64,000 nucleotides of DNA, taken from contig JAUPSS010000001.1 in NCBI GenBank assembly GCA_040285825.1, positions 3,782,001 through 3,846,000 on the forward strand. The letters are read 5' to 3'. Origin of the DNA: Eukaryota sp. TZLM1-RC (Eukaryota > Protista > Metamonada: BaSk clade). This document shows, piece after piece, positions 1 through 12,143 of the stretch (position 1 is its first letter; every line of letters starts with the position of its first letter). A program made the translations under genes and the position numbers. A model generated the notes under the pieces. The model did not search any database. It was given only the letters and a program-made list of their open reading frames with translations, and was not told where the DNA came from.

Positions 1-2
1 CT

Positions 3-689
3 TTAATAAATACTATTGATTTTAGTCACAATACCTTTGATTAAAACAAGACTTAACACCACAAACCTGAAATAACCAACCATTAGACGTTCAAAAGCTT
101 GCCTTGTTTTGCTCTTTGGGTTTAAAATGTGGTGTGCTTCGTCTACCACTAATACGTCAAACTCATCCTCTTCCAGCTTGTCTATGAGAGAACGGACCAT
201 ACCATGGGTGATGAGGAGAATACCACCGTATTGCAGAACATCTGAGATGAGTCTGAATTTTCCCTGCGTGGTGCGGGATGACGTGATCTTGTGAACAGCT
301 GGGTTGGAACCAGAATAGGAAAGCCAACGGGTGAGTTCCTTGTCCCATGAGTTAATGTGTTCCTCGTTGCGTACTGCGATGAGGATAGACTGGAGAGGAT
401 TGTGTTTGAGCATAAGAGCCAGGGAAACGATTGCTTGTGCTGTTTTTCCTGGAGTTAATGTGAGGAAAAGCAAACCTAGTCCCATCTCATCGGCAAGGAG
501 GAAGCCATTCCGATCTCCTAGATAAGAACCAAATATTTTGAGGACACCATGAATCTGAAAGGAATGAAGCTTGGATAGAAGGGTTTCATTTAGGATGGAT
601 GTATCGATGGTGACTTCAGTTGGCTCAATGGTTGATTCATCTGAAAGATCGTGTGAAGTAGGAGTGTTGGAAGGTGAAGGCCCTTCCAT
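3..689 (-). CDS. SNF2-family helicase ATPase, N-terminal part (ERCC6/ERCC6L-like); intron-containing, runs to the window edge or is truncated
   Basis: Q motif LHSFQIHGV; GFLLADEMGLG-KT is restored once the 27-nt intron 449-475 is removed; Walker B LVVDEAH; likely ATG at 689. Confidence 0.8.
   Translation of the reverse strand: MEGPSPSNTPTSHDLSDESTIEPTEVTIDTSILNETLLSKLHSFQIHGVLKIFGSYLGDRNGFLLADEMGLGLLFLTLTPGKTAQAIVSLALMLKHNPLQSILIAVRNEEHINSWDKELTRWLSYSGSNPAVHKITSSRTTQGKFRLISDVLQYGGILLITHGMVRSLIDKLEEDEFDVLVVDEAHHILNPKSKTRQAFERLMVGYFRFVVLSLVLIKGIVTKINSIY
35..66 (-). other. probable 32-nt intron
   Basis: GTTTGTGG...TTTAATCAAAG; same GTTTG donor and branch-A position (-7) as the other introns; downstream exon unclear at the window edge. 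Confidence 0.5.
449..475 (-). other. 27-nt spliceosomal intron (in frame, no stop)
   Basis: GTTTGCTTTTCCTCACATTAACTCCAG; removal converts DEMGLGLLFLTLTPGKT to the canonical SNF2 DEMGLGKT. Confidence 0.9.
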
Positions 690-1361
690 TGTTGTTAAAG
701 TTTTGGCAGGCAATCAGGAATTTAATGGGATCAAATGAAGCAAAAAAGCCTTTCAAAATGCCTTTCATCATCAAAATAAAGTACAACCTCTCCAGGAATT
801 TCTTATTTGGAAACATTACGGTGATTGTCTGATGAGCACATAACATCAACGGCAAATAAAGGTGGACTGCATTTTTTATTTTAATATTTTTGAAAATTGT
901 TTGGTTTTTTCAACTATTACCCATCAGTCTTTTGAGACCTTTTCTATTGAACAGCAGAGCACAGAATTTGGTATGTAATTTCATGATTGTTTGATGACTA
1001 GGAGCACGCAGGTTCCGCACCCTGTGTCATCGTTATCTGAAGATTTGGTGTGTGAGCAAAGAAACAATCAAAACTAGAATTATTAAATGCGTCAGATTCC
1101 AACTGACAAAAAATGTAAAAGATTGATATAACACGAGTTGATGTTTACACAAATTGCGTGTTGCACTGGCAATCAAAGTTTGCAAAGAAACATCAACGAT
1201 AACGACCATGTGCATGATTCCCCTAACTAACTTACCTCATGCACGAAGAGTAGTGAAGAAGTTGACTACAACTATAGAGCTTGAGTGAGATTTGAGTACA
1301 CAATGAAGACATCAAGAAAAGTCATACCCAGCAAACAAAGTGGCAACACAATGGTGTTTCA

Positions 1362-2051
1362 ATGAGATATGGGTTTGGTGTATGCTTCAAAAGTTGTATT
1401 CACAAAAAATTGCATGCATTTTATTCAATGCCAAACTTCGTCTTCAACAGTGATACCTTACAACGGGTCAAATCCAGGATCCAACCAATCTCACCATCAG
1501 TTCCAATGACAGTAGAGGAAGGTGCCTATTACTATGAGGAAACTGCTAATGACTTGGTGGAGGCTTTGGCTCAAGGAAGTCTTCACAGTCCACAACACTT
1601 GGTTACAAAAGTATCACCCAGTGAAGGCACTGTACAAGACCTTCAACAGTGCATGGAAGAAAAAACATCTATTGAAGAAAAGCTGAATAGATGTAATGAA
1701 CAAGTTGCTTCTCTTAGAAATGACTTGAAGAATCTCGAAATCAAGCATCACAAAACCATTGAGAATATACAAACAGAACTTCTGCGTCAAACTGAATCAA
1801 TTCCACATCTACATGAAGAAATAGACGTACTGAAAGATGAAAACAAGGAGCTACGTGAACATATAGATGTACTGAAAGATGAAAACAAGGAGCTACGTGA
1901 ACATATAGATGTACTGAAAGATGAAAACAAGGAGCTACGTGAACATATCCAACAACAAGATGACCATATAAGAGAACTGCAAAACGACAACAAGCATCTA
2001 AGTGATCAAATTGCTACATTATTCAAACATTTGAATATCCCACTTTCTTAG
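1362..2051 (+). CDS. coiled-coil protein with three 14-aa tandem repeats
   Basis: 229-aa ORF, heptad-rich, IDVLKDENKELREH x3; partial rearranged copy at 3865-4660. Confidence 0.55.
   Translation: MRYGFGVCFKSCIHKKLHAFYSMPNFVFNSDTLQRVKSRIQPISPSVPMTVEEGAYYYEETANDLVEALAQGSLHSPQHLVTKVSPSEGTVQDLQQCMEEKTSIEEKLNRCNEQVASLRNDLKNLEIKHHKTIENIQTELLRQTESIPHLHEEIDVLKDENKELREHIDVLKDENKELREHIDVLKDENKELREHIQQQDDHIRELQNDNKHLSDQIATLFKHLNIPLS
1821..1948 (+). repeat. 42-bp tandem repeat x3 (coding)
   Basis: atagaYgtactgaaagatgaaaacaaggagctacgtgaacat repeated three times. Confidence 0.9.
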
Positions 2052-2849
2052 TTATTTAAAATTATAGTAATTATTAATAAAGATTTCGTTGGTAATGAAG
2101 AGTTACACATCCAATTTACTTGCTTGACTTTGCTCTAAGCATCTGGGTCCTCAGTAGAGAAAGACGATGTTCTCTTTTCGTATTTTCTCTGAAATATCAG
2201 TATCCAATACTTTCAAATCACCATGCCTAGTCTCAACCATCTCGAGGGGATCTGTTGAGAGCAAAATGTGTTGGATTTGAAGAGTCTTACTTACTAAGGT
2301 CGTCTCAAAGTGGGGGTCTCCCTTATTTATTCTTGCCCAAAATACAAAAAAAATTATTGTATCCAGTTTATTATCAATGATGTGTTGCAAATACAAGTGG
2401 AGGCCGGCTCCAACTTAGCAACTTAGCCGTTGCTTTGGACTAGCCTATTTCTAAGAAATTCAGTCAAGATAAGTACAAAACTGGAGAAAAAGTGTTGATA
2501 TTGTTGGTCATTGTGCCTTTCATTTTTTACTTATGCTTCCTGAATTAATTACTTATATATGGCAAAAACATTCACAGCATATGTTGTTTGTGAGCTGTTA
2601 ATGTATGCAAGTATTAATCTGATCATTCAAAACAAATATGAACGTATACAGTTTAATAATAAAGTGATAACTTGTACAGAATGTGATTATTGTGGATGAA
2701 ACAAACAAGAAATTCCAATATTTAAGTCCATAGACAGGCAGCTGTTGGACATCAAGACATAAGACTTAGCGTAATAAAATTGCTAAAAAGATATTTTTTT
2801 GGGCTTTTCTTTTTTTCAACTGGAATATTTATTGAGAAAAAAAATCTAT

Positions 2850-3705
2850 CTAGAATTCAATATCCTCCAAACAAGCGTCACTATTACTAAACCTACTCAC
2901 AGCATTACGTTCATATTCTACACCAATAGCTAAAAGTGCCTTTGAAATCATTGTTGGAATAGACTTGAAAATGCAAAAAACAATTCTATTTAACCAGAAA
3001 GTGGAATTCATTGTTTAACCAGACCTATTCAGTAACACTTTTTTGAAATTTTCAAAAAGTGCAACCCTGAAGGTCCAATATTGCCAAAAAGAGAAATTGC
3101 AAACGGCACAAACTGATATTTCACATGTTCCACTCTAAAGGTTCTTCGTATTTTTTTATCTTCTTTTTTTCGGCGATAGATAACGGCGAATCAGCGGAAT
3201 ACACTGAACGAGCAGCAGAATTTTTGCAAACATCAACTGAGACAACATGCACAACATTGCCCTTCTTTTACCAAAGTAATCATCAGTTTGATCTGAAGAC
3301 AGCCTACTGATGGTCTTGGCTGTTGTGAGTTAGAATTCATACAGTAGAAATGTAATGAGATTTATTACGAAGAGGAATTGTATTCTCTCTTCTTATACTA
3401 ATAGGCGGAATACTAATAAACTATATAATAATACTATAAATACTATTCAAGACTAACACTACGTACTAATGGTTCAATAAATGCCTCTATATTGAAACTT
3501 TTGCACATGACATATAATTGATCACGAACTGAGTCATGAACAATTGAGCGATAAGTTATAAAATACTTACAGTTTAAAATATGGGAAAGCGTAACAACAC
3601 TCTTGCAGAGACAAATTAAATCATTTGGTAAAGAACAAGGCCATAGAAAACATCTCATTCTCATTGCAGTGGTCCATTGGTGATCATTGAGTAGAAGGCC
3701 ATAAT
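2850..3705 (-). mobile_element. decayed 3' fragments of an RLE non-LTR retrotransposon (subfamily E)
   Basis: MRMRCFLWP..C.CK..HILNC..RSIVHDSVRD zinc-finger/RLE motifs; 3' end NRIVF..; matches 52630-52830. Confidence 0.75.
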
Positions 3706-3864
3706 CAGGTTGGGCTTATCAGGTACAATGATTTGAAAAATCAAAAAAGTTGAAGTAGCGTTCAGCGTGTCAAACAAAGAGGTAAATAGACCACAGAGAG
3801 TGATTGTATCATCTACTTCCCTAAGTGTTAGCTTAAGCTAACAAGCCGTTCTGATCTCTGAGGG

Positions 3865-4660
3865 AAGACCTTCAACAGTGCATGGAAGAAAATACATCTT
3901 TTGAAGAAAAGCTGAATAGATGTAATGAACAAGTTGCTTCTCTTAGAAATGACTTGAAGAATCTCGAAATCAAGCATCACAAAACCATTGAGAATATACA
4001 AACAGAACTTCTGCGTCAAACTGAATCAATCCTGGATCCTGGATTTGACCCGTTGTAAGGTATCACTGTTGAAGACGAAGTTTGGCATTGAATAGAATGC
4101 ATGCAATTTTTTGTGAATACAACATTGGATGCATACACCAAACCCATATCTCATTGAAACATCATGATGTTACCACTTTGTTTGATGGGAATGACTTTTC
4201 TTGATGTCTTCATTGTGTACTCAAATCTCACTCTATAGTTGTAGTCAACTTCTTCACTAACCATCGTTCATATGGTAAGTTTTCATAGGGGAATCATGTA
4301 CATGGTCGTTATCGTTGATGTTTCTTTGCATAATTTGATTGCCAGTGCAACACGCAATTTGTGTAAACACCAACTCGTGTTTTATCAATCTTTTACATTT
4401 TTTATTAGGTGTAATCAGACTCATTTAATAATTCCAGTTTTTATTGCTTCTTAGTCCACACACCAAATCTTCAGATACGATGACACAGGGTGCGGAACCA
4501 ACGCACTCGTAGTCATGCAATCCTGCACCATCGAACAGGGTTTTATGAGGAAGAACACCAATCATTTCAAGTGAAAGAATTTTAGTTATTACAAAATAGG
4601 AACCAATGAATCAAACAATCATTTAATTACATAATAAATTTTGTGCTCTGCTGTTCACTT
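3865..4660. repeat. rearranged duplicate of the 945-1800 locus (direct block plus inverted block)
   Basis: 3865-4030 is a direct copy of about 1637-1800; 4032-4660 is the reverse complement of about 945-1482 with an internal insert. Confidence 0.85.
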
Positions 4661-5430
4661 AGATCTGCTTTCTGCATTGAATCAATTACTATCAATTTCA
4701 ACAAATTTTTCTGAGGTCACGATTCCAGGTACTAACATGTAACATCTAGGACGACCAAAAATTTATCATATTATATTAATAATTTTCATGAATTCATTTC
4801 ATTATCGTAGGCATCGGATATTGATTTGTCTTTACCACTTATGGAAACCTCATATTCAATTTCACTAGTTTTGGGATGCTTGGTAAGTACTGAGGCAGAA
4901 GAGGAAGTTGAATTTGCAACAGCAAACATCGGAAAACCGTGTTTATAAAGACTTTAGAAATTATTATTGGTTTTTCTTCCCAAAATTTTCTTGGTGGAAT
5001 GTAAAACATCTGACTCTCAAATGATACAGGAGACATAGTCGATACAGAAGGCAACTTGAATTATTCTCTTGCAGTTCTCATTTTGTTGGCATACAGGTGA
5101 AATGTGCTGTTTCACCAACTATTGACGAAATGAGATCATAAATAGATTGATAAGGAGAATAGTCACGATTATACCAATAAAAATTGAGAGAATTAGGCCT
5201 GGTTGATTGAGAAAAATAATATACATTAAATTAATGAATGTAAAACGTTTTAGATTAAGTTTTTATGAGTTTATCAAAACCTCTACAATTGAAAAAAATT
5301 GTGGTTCACCGCCAGATTTCAATTGGAGAGGACTTGATGTACATGCGAATTTTGCTAAAGCCCAAATTTGGAACAAATTGTCGAATATTCCAGTCTAGAC
5401 TTCGACGTCCTAGATCATACTTTCTGACTA

Positions 5431-6039
5431 ATGAAGTTCATTTCTTCACTGGCCTTGGCTGATTTGGTGGAAAAGTTAGAGTCGGTCCAAGATCCTTCTA
5501 AACGGTTTGCGGTCAAACTCGAATTATTCAGCACCAAAATGGTTAGGGCTGATAAGAAGCTTTACGGAAGTCTGTCTGAAAGTCCACAAATCTGTTCTAG
5601 CGACAATATAAGTGCAAAGACTTACAGTTATCTCATATCCTGTTGTAACAACGTGTATCGCGACTACGACTTCAGCTCCATAAGGCTTACCCAGTTCCAC
5701 AAAGTCAACCCGAGCCATCTCGCTATTGCAGAGATTCAAAACTTTCTTACCTCTAACTTGGGTATGGAGACTTACAACGATCTCGGTTATCTCTTGTTCT
5801 CCACACTTGATGATGTTATCAAGCCATGGGAGCCTGAGACCGAGGTCTTCATGTACGTTCCTGAACCAAGCAATGGAATTCAGTGTGATGATTCTCCATT
5901 GACTGGAGAGGGTGCTGTCAGCTTTTGTAACTACTTTTTTTACAATAAGACCTTCCGTAAGTTACTGTTCGTCAGTCTTGCCGCATATCCCAGGTTCTCT
6001 AGTGATAGTGACTCAGATATGTTTGATATGGACGGCTGA
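5431..6039 (+). CDS. MAF1: repressor of RNA polymerase III transcription Maf1
   Basis: MKF start, ELFSTKMVRADKKL (box A), YLIS..N..Y.DYDFS (box B), YFFYNK.FRKLLF (box C), acidic tail. Confidence 0.9.
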   Translation: MKFISSLALADLVEKLESVQDPSKRFAVKLELFSTKMVRADKKLYGSLSESPQICSSDNISAKTYSYLISCCNNVYRDYDFSSIRLTQFHKVNPSHLAIAEIQNFLTSNLGMETYNDLGYLLFSTLDDVIKPWEPETEVFMYVPEPSNGIQCDDSPLTGEGAVSFCNYFFYNKTFRKLLFVSLAAYPRFSSDSDSDMFDMDG

Positions 6040-6150
6040 TAGGCGTCTGTTTTGCCCACCTTGTGTATTATATTTTTTGTCAATAAATTCATGTACAGCT
6101 TCCACAATCAAAAAAATAATCAAAATACAATCAAAAAACAATCTTGAATT

Positions 6151-6520
6151 TCAAACCAGAGAAAAACGTAGAAAATGTGTCAAAGACATTGAAGAAGCTG
6201 ATAGAAATAGACCACTTGTTTTTATTGCTTTCCTATTTTCTATAAGCGGAATATTATCAGTAGAAGCAGGAACTTTTTTGAATGATTTCCAAAAAATGGG
6301 TAAAGAGAAAACAATGAAAAGATTTGATATGTTTTTATGGCGTTCTCGTATTATATTTTCCATAATTAACAAAGTACCTCGGGTTTTCAATAGAATAAGA
6401 GAAGCTTTAGCTAGACAGCAGGCAGGTCAAGATTTTTTAGAAGAAATCTTGTTTCAATGATAGCCGTTCCATTAGTTATGAGTTGTTTTGTTCAGTGTGT
6501 AAGTTTAATAAATATAAAAA
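6151..6520 (+). mobile_element. 3' fragment of RLE non-LTR retrotransposon (subfamily B)
   Basis: VFIAF.FSI.G.LSVEA..FL..WRSRI.F..IREALARQQA; subfamily 3' UTR ..ccattagttatga. Confidence 0.85.
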
Positions 6521-7254
6521 ACAATCAAAAATCTACATAAACAGCCAAAAAGCCGATGGGAATCAATTTACAAAACAAATACAATGTCATAAAATATAAA
6601 AAATACATTTTATTAATAAACAACAATTTTTCCTATTAACAATCCACGTGATATACTCAGTTTGCAACACTTTTAAGCCACCGCCCATGGTGTGTTTCTA
6701 CTATTCTACTCAATCAGACAACCATATAGGAGATTCTCTAGCTGAAAAGATGCGGTACAACAAATTGCTCTAAACATACCCTACCCTAGAGACCATACAT
6801 GAAACCGTAAATCTCAGTTGGGTTAAGTTGAATGGACTGTTCAAAGGGAATGATGTTGAACCTCCACTACATGATATGGTTTAATTGTTGTGTATACTAT
6901 TATCATACGTGCCTTTGCATTCCATTATTCCAGAAAGTGGGGATTGAATACACAAGTGACACGGAATTTTGGGGTGGAATATTGCTAAAGTACTCCAGAA
7001 TTATCAGATTTTTTTTATCTCAATAAATATTCCAGTTTTAGAAAAAAAATTATCAAAAAACTAGAATTATCAGAATCAGAAATTATTGGAATTGTTGAGC
7101 TATTTTGTCTATTTTATTTTGCAGAATTTGGTTCGGGTGAAGTGTCCCAAATTCAAATTAGTTTGTACATCATACCTATTGTGAAATGATATTCACCCCA
7201 AATGAATCCTCAAGTGCACAAAACAATAAAATTGTTCCTATAATCAATAAATTA

Positions 7255-7326
7255 ATGAGAAGAAGATCCGGATGTGCTATTTGTTCTCAAGAAGGGCACA
7301 GCCATTCTACATGTCCCAAAAGATAG
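7255..7326 (+). pseudogene. CCHC zinc-knuckle remnant related to the 9041-9364 ORF
   Basis: translates RRSGCAICSQEGHSHSTCPKR*, versus RRPRCGICFQEGHNRSTCSNR*. Confidence 0.55.
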
Positions 7327-7427
7327 GCAATAAAAGACATTCTTAAAGTCGTTAGAGGTGAAGTCGAAAGTTTATTATCACCCTGAAATTGTTCCTATAA
7401 ATAAATTTATAAAACAAAAAATACAAA

Positions 7428-8893
7428 CTACTGATCCCTCCTATTTTTCAACGCCCTTTTCAGTTCAGCTCCTCTATTATCCGCCTTGGATAACTGTTTT
7501 ACCACTCTTGCTGTACAAGCAGAAAGTTCTTCCACATCCGTATTAGACAATAACCCAAATAACAAATCTTCAAGATCATTTTGATCAAACAATAAATTTC
7601 TGCATTTCTCACTTTGCACCAGCACTTCTAATAAATTAATACAAACTAAATGTATCGCAGAAACAGGTTTTTTTAACAAATCATAAACGAAATTCACCAC
7701 ATTGTTGTTGGCAATTCGCTCACGAATACGATCCTCTTGGCCAGATAAACTACAACAAGCAGAGATTGCGGCAAAAGTAACTGCCGTTTCTGGACTAGAC
7801 AGGCAACCAATCAAATCATTCACAAATCCTGATTCCAAGAAAAATTTGGCAAATTCAGCAGAATGTTTGGAAATATTACTGATGCATCTGCAGCTTGCTT
7901 CTTGAACTGGTGCAAAATCTCCACTCAACATTGATCCAAAAACATTCGCCATTTTTTTCAAGTCTTTGAACCCTTGAACAGCAACTCCTTCTTGGTGAAA
8001 AACTATATTTGCGAGTATCGAAAGGGCATAGTCTTGGATAGTCCGTACTGATGATGTGATACATTCGATCAAAATTTGATTGAGTTTTATCTTTTGATTG
8101 CAAATACTAACAACACATGCTGCATCACGTGAGAGGTTCCGAATCGTCCAGAGAGCGAGTTCTTGCAACACTTCATTATGAGATGGAGACTCTAACGGTG
8201 CAGACTGGCAATAAGGCAAAATGGCCTGGATAACACCAGCACCACGCATGGCGGAGAGAACGGAGTCATGGAGCGTGGCGGAGAGATTAACAAACACACC
8301 AGCAATTTGAGTCCCAAGAACATCAGATTCTTTACTCATTGGTTCAAAATAAGTATCGTTACCAGTGTCATCTAGGGAGAGAGAGTTGAACATGGTGATT
8401 AGGTGATCAAGGAGGTCACGCCTGTTTTCAATGAAAACGCTTCTATTGGACTCGGACTGGAGACAGTTACGTAAGGCACGTACAACTTCTACCTTGACAG
8501 CAGAGGGACTGTCATCAGTGAGAAGCTTGCAAAAGGGGAAGTAAACTGATATGGAAGATTTCTCGAAAACTGAGGTGAATTGCAGAGAATGTATATACCT
8601 ATGTTGTAGCAGAGATCACAGAGTCTCCCAATGTAGTCGCGAGGTCCGGTCCAGACTTCTACATGAGAGCAGGTGCCACAGACTAATTGTGCACATCGTC
8701 GACAATGGTGTTTGCGGTGAAGAAAAGTAAAAGGAGTGTGACAAAAAGTACAGTCTGATCTTGATGAGTCTGGAACCCATTCGGATTTAGGACAGACATT
8801 GCAAGTAGGACGAGATATAGAGACACAGAAATCAACACCATATTTGGTAATGTATTCGGCCTCTCGTGCCGTGTTGAAGACTTGGGGACGCAT
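7428..8893 (-). CDS. FYVE zinc-finger plus armadillo-repeat protein (two exons)
   Basis: WVPD..C..C..F.F.RKHHCRRC FYVE motif; removing the 29-nt intron 8570-8598 joins it in frame (..YNIVFEKSS..DHLITMFNSL..) to the ARM-repeat ORF 7428-8393. Confidence 0.85.
8570..8598 (-). other. 29-nt spliceosomal intron
   Basis: GTATATACATTCTCTGCAATTCACCTCAG; removal restores an open frame linking two ORFs. Confidence 0.85.
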
Positions 8894-8941
8894 GGTGCGT
8901 TTTTGAGCAATTTCAATTGCGGGAAATTCCCATAAAAACAC

Positions 8942-9865
8942 CAAAAATGATATACGTGTGCAAATTTGTGTTATCCATGTGCATAAACTTTCGACTTCAC
9001 CTGTCCAAACTTACAGAACCTTAAGAACATCTTTTATTACCTATCTGTTGGAACATGTAGAACGATTGTGCCCTTCCTGAAAACATATACCACATCTTGG
9101 CCTTCTTCTAGCCCCCCTAGCACCCACAATGTCAGACGATTGTACAAGTTGAGGTTCGTTCAACTGTTGAACAATTGTTGCTTGTTGCTCACGTAAAACC
9201 TCTCTGAGCCTCATCAAATGAGCTTCAGTCAATTGGGCCGTTTCTGAAACAAATTCTCGAGATAGCTGTTGTCTAGTATCAACAGGGACGTCGCTGCCAC
9301 AGGGCGGTATTGAAGGTTCTGGATCAAGTATGATCCAATGAGAGTGAAATTGATCCACTTCCAAGGGAGTGCATGAGTATATTTGTTCCTTGACAATGTG
9401 AATACAAGGAATTCCCAGTGTTGTTGGTTCAACTCAACAAAATTGTTCTCCCTAGTTGTTCACTGGTTGTACCATCATTTGTTTTAATTTTTTAATAATA
9501 AAATGGCTGACCCTTTTTTTATTTTGATAAATAAGGGATTAGACAAAAGTTCGCAATCGACTGCACTGGTTTCGATACAGATTGTTTATCTGATTTCATC
9601 AAATTGGTACATGACGTATTGTTCCCTTTGATTTTTCTGATTTATTAACAGCAAAGCACTACTCTTTGGTTTAAATGTGAATTGCCAGAAACAGGTCAGA
9701 AGATGTTCCGATAGAGCCAACTTGTGAAGGTAATTGTGTTGTAAAAGTTGATGGCATCAACAGTAGAGTTGATCGATATAAGATGTGTGCACACAGATAG
9801 TAAAAATGCACACGTATAACATTTGCACATGGATAACACAAATTTGCACACGCATATCACCACCC
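8942..9865. mobile_element. non-autonomous MULE-like TIR element (about 920 bp) carrying a CCHC knuckle ORF remnant
   Basis: about 36-bp inverted repeats 8948-8983 and 9824-9859; 9-bp direct repeat TAAAAACAC at 8933-8941 and 9866-9874; ORF 9041-9364 ends in C-x2-C-x4-H-x4-C. Confidence 0.7.
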
Positions 9866-9902
9866 TAAAAACACGATCAATTTTCCTGTGGAATAATTAC
9901 AA

Positions 9903-12143
9903 CTATCTACTACGCAGATCCTGAGGCCTTTCATTACCACTCATCCTCGCTTCAGCAATTGCAAACATGTTCAGACAAGCCAGCTTATTTCTATTGAAAA
10001 GCTTTGTTGAGCCTTTGTTATTGAGTATGCAACTCTCACTATTACAAGCTAATAAATTATGACATGTAGTAACAGGAGTCTTTTCTCTTCTATAGAATCT
10101 GGGATTTGTTACTCTCAAAAACGTAGCAACCTTTTCAAAACAAACAGGACATTTTGCTGAAGTGAAAGCTTCATTAATCATCAATACTTCAAATCCATTT
10201 CTTTTCAGAAATTGAATCCATCCAATAGCACGTGTAGGGTTGATGATGTTTCAAATTCTTAAAACCTTTTTTACCACAATCACCCATTAGTATTAAAGCG
10301 TCTTTTGGATTGCCAAACTGCTGAACAAGGCTTTTTAACAACCAACTTTCAGTCTTTTGCTTGTGAATAAAAGCTTGCATTTTATGAATGCTCTACAAGT
10401 CAAGACTATAAAAGTCAATTGTCAAAGTAACTGGCCGGAGTTTGGCAATGACAACGTTGGAAAAATCTATGAAAGTTGCTGAATTAGCAACAAACGCGGA
10501 CAATTCGGTGTTTGCATCTTCAATTGTCATTTCGTTAGACTCTATCAATTGGTTCCTGTCGTAACCTACCTCAGTATAATTTGTCGCCCTTCGTTTCTGT
10601 TCTTCATTAATCCTACTTTTCAAGGACCAGGACATCTGAGTCATTCTCAACCATTTGTACTTCTTGTCTTGATTCATCACCCGACTATTTCTTTGCTGTT
10701 CAGTTTCATGTTCAGGCACCATGGCTAGTTCTTCATCAGTCTTTTTGCTGCCTAAATTCAATAAATCACGTATTCCAGGATCACAAACAACGATTCGTTT
10801 GCCTTGAAAAGCATCAACATCAACATCATGAATATATAAATCAGAAACACTAGCCTTGTTGTCTGGCTTACATTTCTGACCTTGTAAATCCCGATGAACA
10901 AATTCTACTGCAATATTAAATCCATCTGTGTGGATAATGTTGTTGAATTTATAGCTCTTCTGTTTGAACATTGTTTGATTTAAATCGAGAATATTAGACC
11001 AAAAGTCAAATTGCTGAGGTGGTTTGAATTTCGTAATTTGGGCTAATGTATTGGACATTTTCAGCGTCTGTGTGGATGATAAATCATACATCAATGTTTG
11101 TTTACCAATTCTCCATATTGTTGTTGTATCAATAGGAAAATATCCAGGGCCTACTGTGGTTGAAACAGGAGAAATATGATAAGGTTTTTTCTCTCTATTG
11201 GAGATATATTGGGCAATTGTAATTGCTGGTGTTAGGAATAATTGAGGATCCTTTTCAACAGCGTCTGCAAGAAAATGCATATCCACTGGAAATGTATTAT
11301 CAACTAAATTTTCGTCAGTGAGCAAATTCTCAATTTGACAAGTAAATGGCTCAATAAGACCTTCAAATATGTCTCTAAGTCCATTATTTCTTATATTATG
11401 TTGTTCAAAAAAATCGAAAAATTCATCATTCAGAAGGTCTGAACTATTTTCAGAATGATGAAACAAAGAACTCAAGCAATCTCTATCATCAACTAAAAAC
11501 AAGTTTTTGCATTGACGAAGCCTAAATCTATATAGTGAAATAATGGTAGATAATGGCGTTGAGTATCCACCCAGCTTGTGCATTTCTGCTAACACATTTT
11601 CCACATCTGGTTTGTCAAAGTAAACATTAATAAATCGATTAATATGTTTTTCATAATTTAGTTTCAAATTATTCTCAAAATTGGCAAACATTACTGGGCC
11701 CATATACTGAGGTCGCCTACTGAAGCCATCAGTTGGAAATTGTGGAAAAACTCAGGCCTCAATGTTTTGTTCAACTTTTGTTGTTCAAAGGCAGTCGATA
11801 ATCTATAATCTCCCTCACCATAAACTAAGTCTTCAAAATCCTCTAAAAATGCACTCTTTGGTTTCAGCATTTCTCGCCCATCATATTCAGCTGAAATATA
11901 ACGAATTCTGGCCATTAATGATTCATATAGTTGGGCAGATATTCGTGCTGGTTAAAAATTACGTTCAAAACAAAACTGTAAATACAGCTTTAAGCAACAA
12001 GTGGTGTGAATACGTAACTGTTGAAATTTTACAGCAGTTTCTCTCAATCTGAATATCACATTTGAATGTTTAACCATTGAGTTGACGGTTGCTCGAATGG
12101 TTTTATAAGATGATAAAATAAATTTGTCATTCTGACACATCAC
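9903..12143 (-). pseudogene. Fanzor1-type (eukaryotic TnpB-derived) RNA-guided nuclease, frameshifted
   Basis: N-terminal YKTIRATVNSMVK..RIHTTCCLKLYL; FNNIIHTDGFNIAVEF; RuvC-I VVCDPG; ILMGD at canonical RuvC-II with relocated Glu in INEAFTSAKCPVC; zinc finger C..C/C...C; RuvC-III FNRNKLACLNM (D to N); about 745 codons over five ORF pieces. Confidence 0.9.

Noticed and set aside
1-34. Second intron directly abutting intron 35-66 (GTATTG...TAAAG)
   Set aside because: Ends exactly at the window edge, so the downstream exon cannot be checked
5912-6460. 182-aa ORF overlapping MAF1
   Set aside because: Read-through of an alternative MAF1 frame into a retrotransposon 3' fragment
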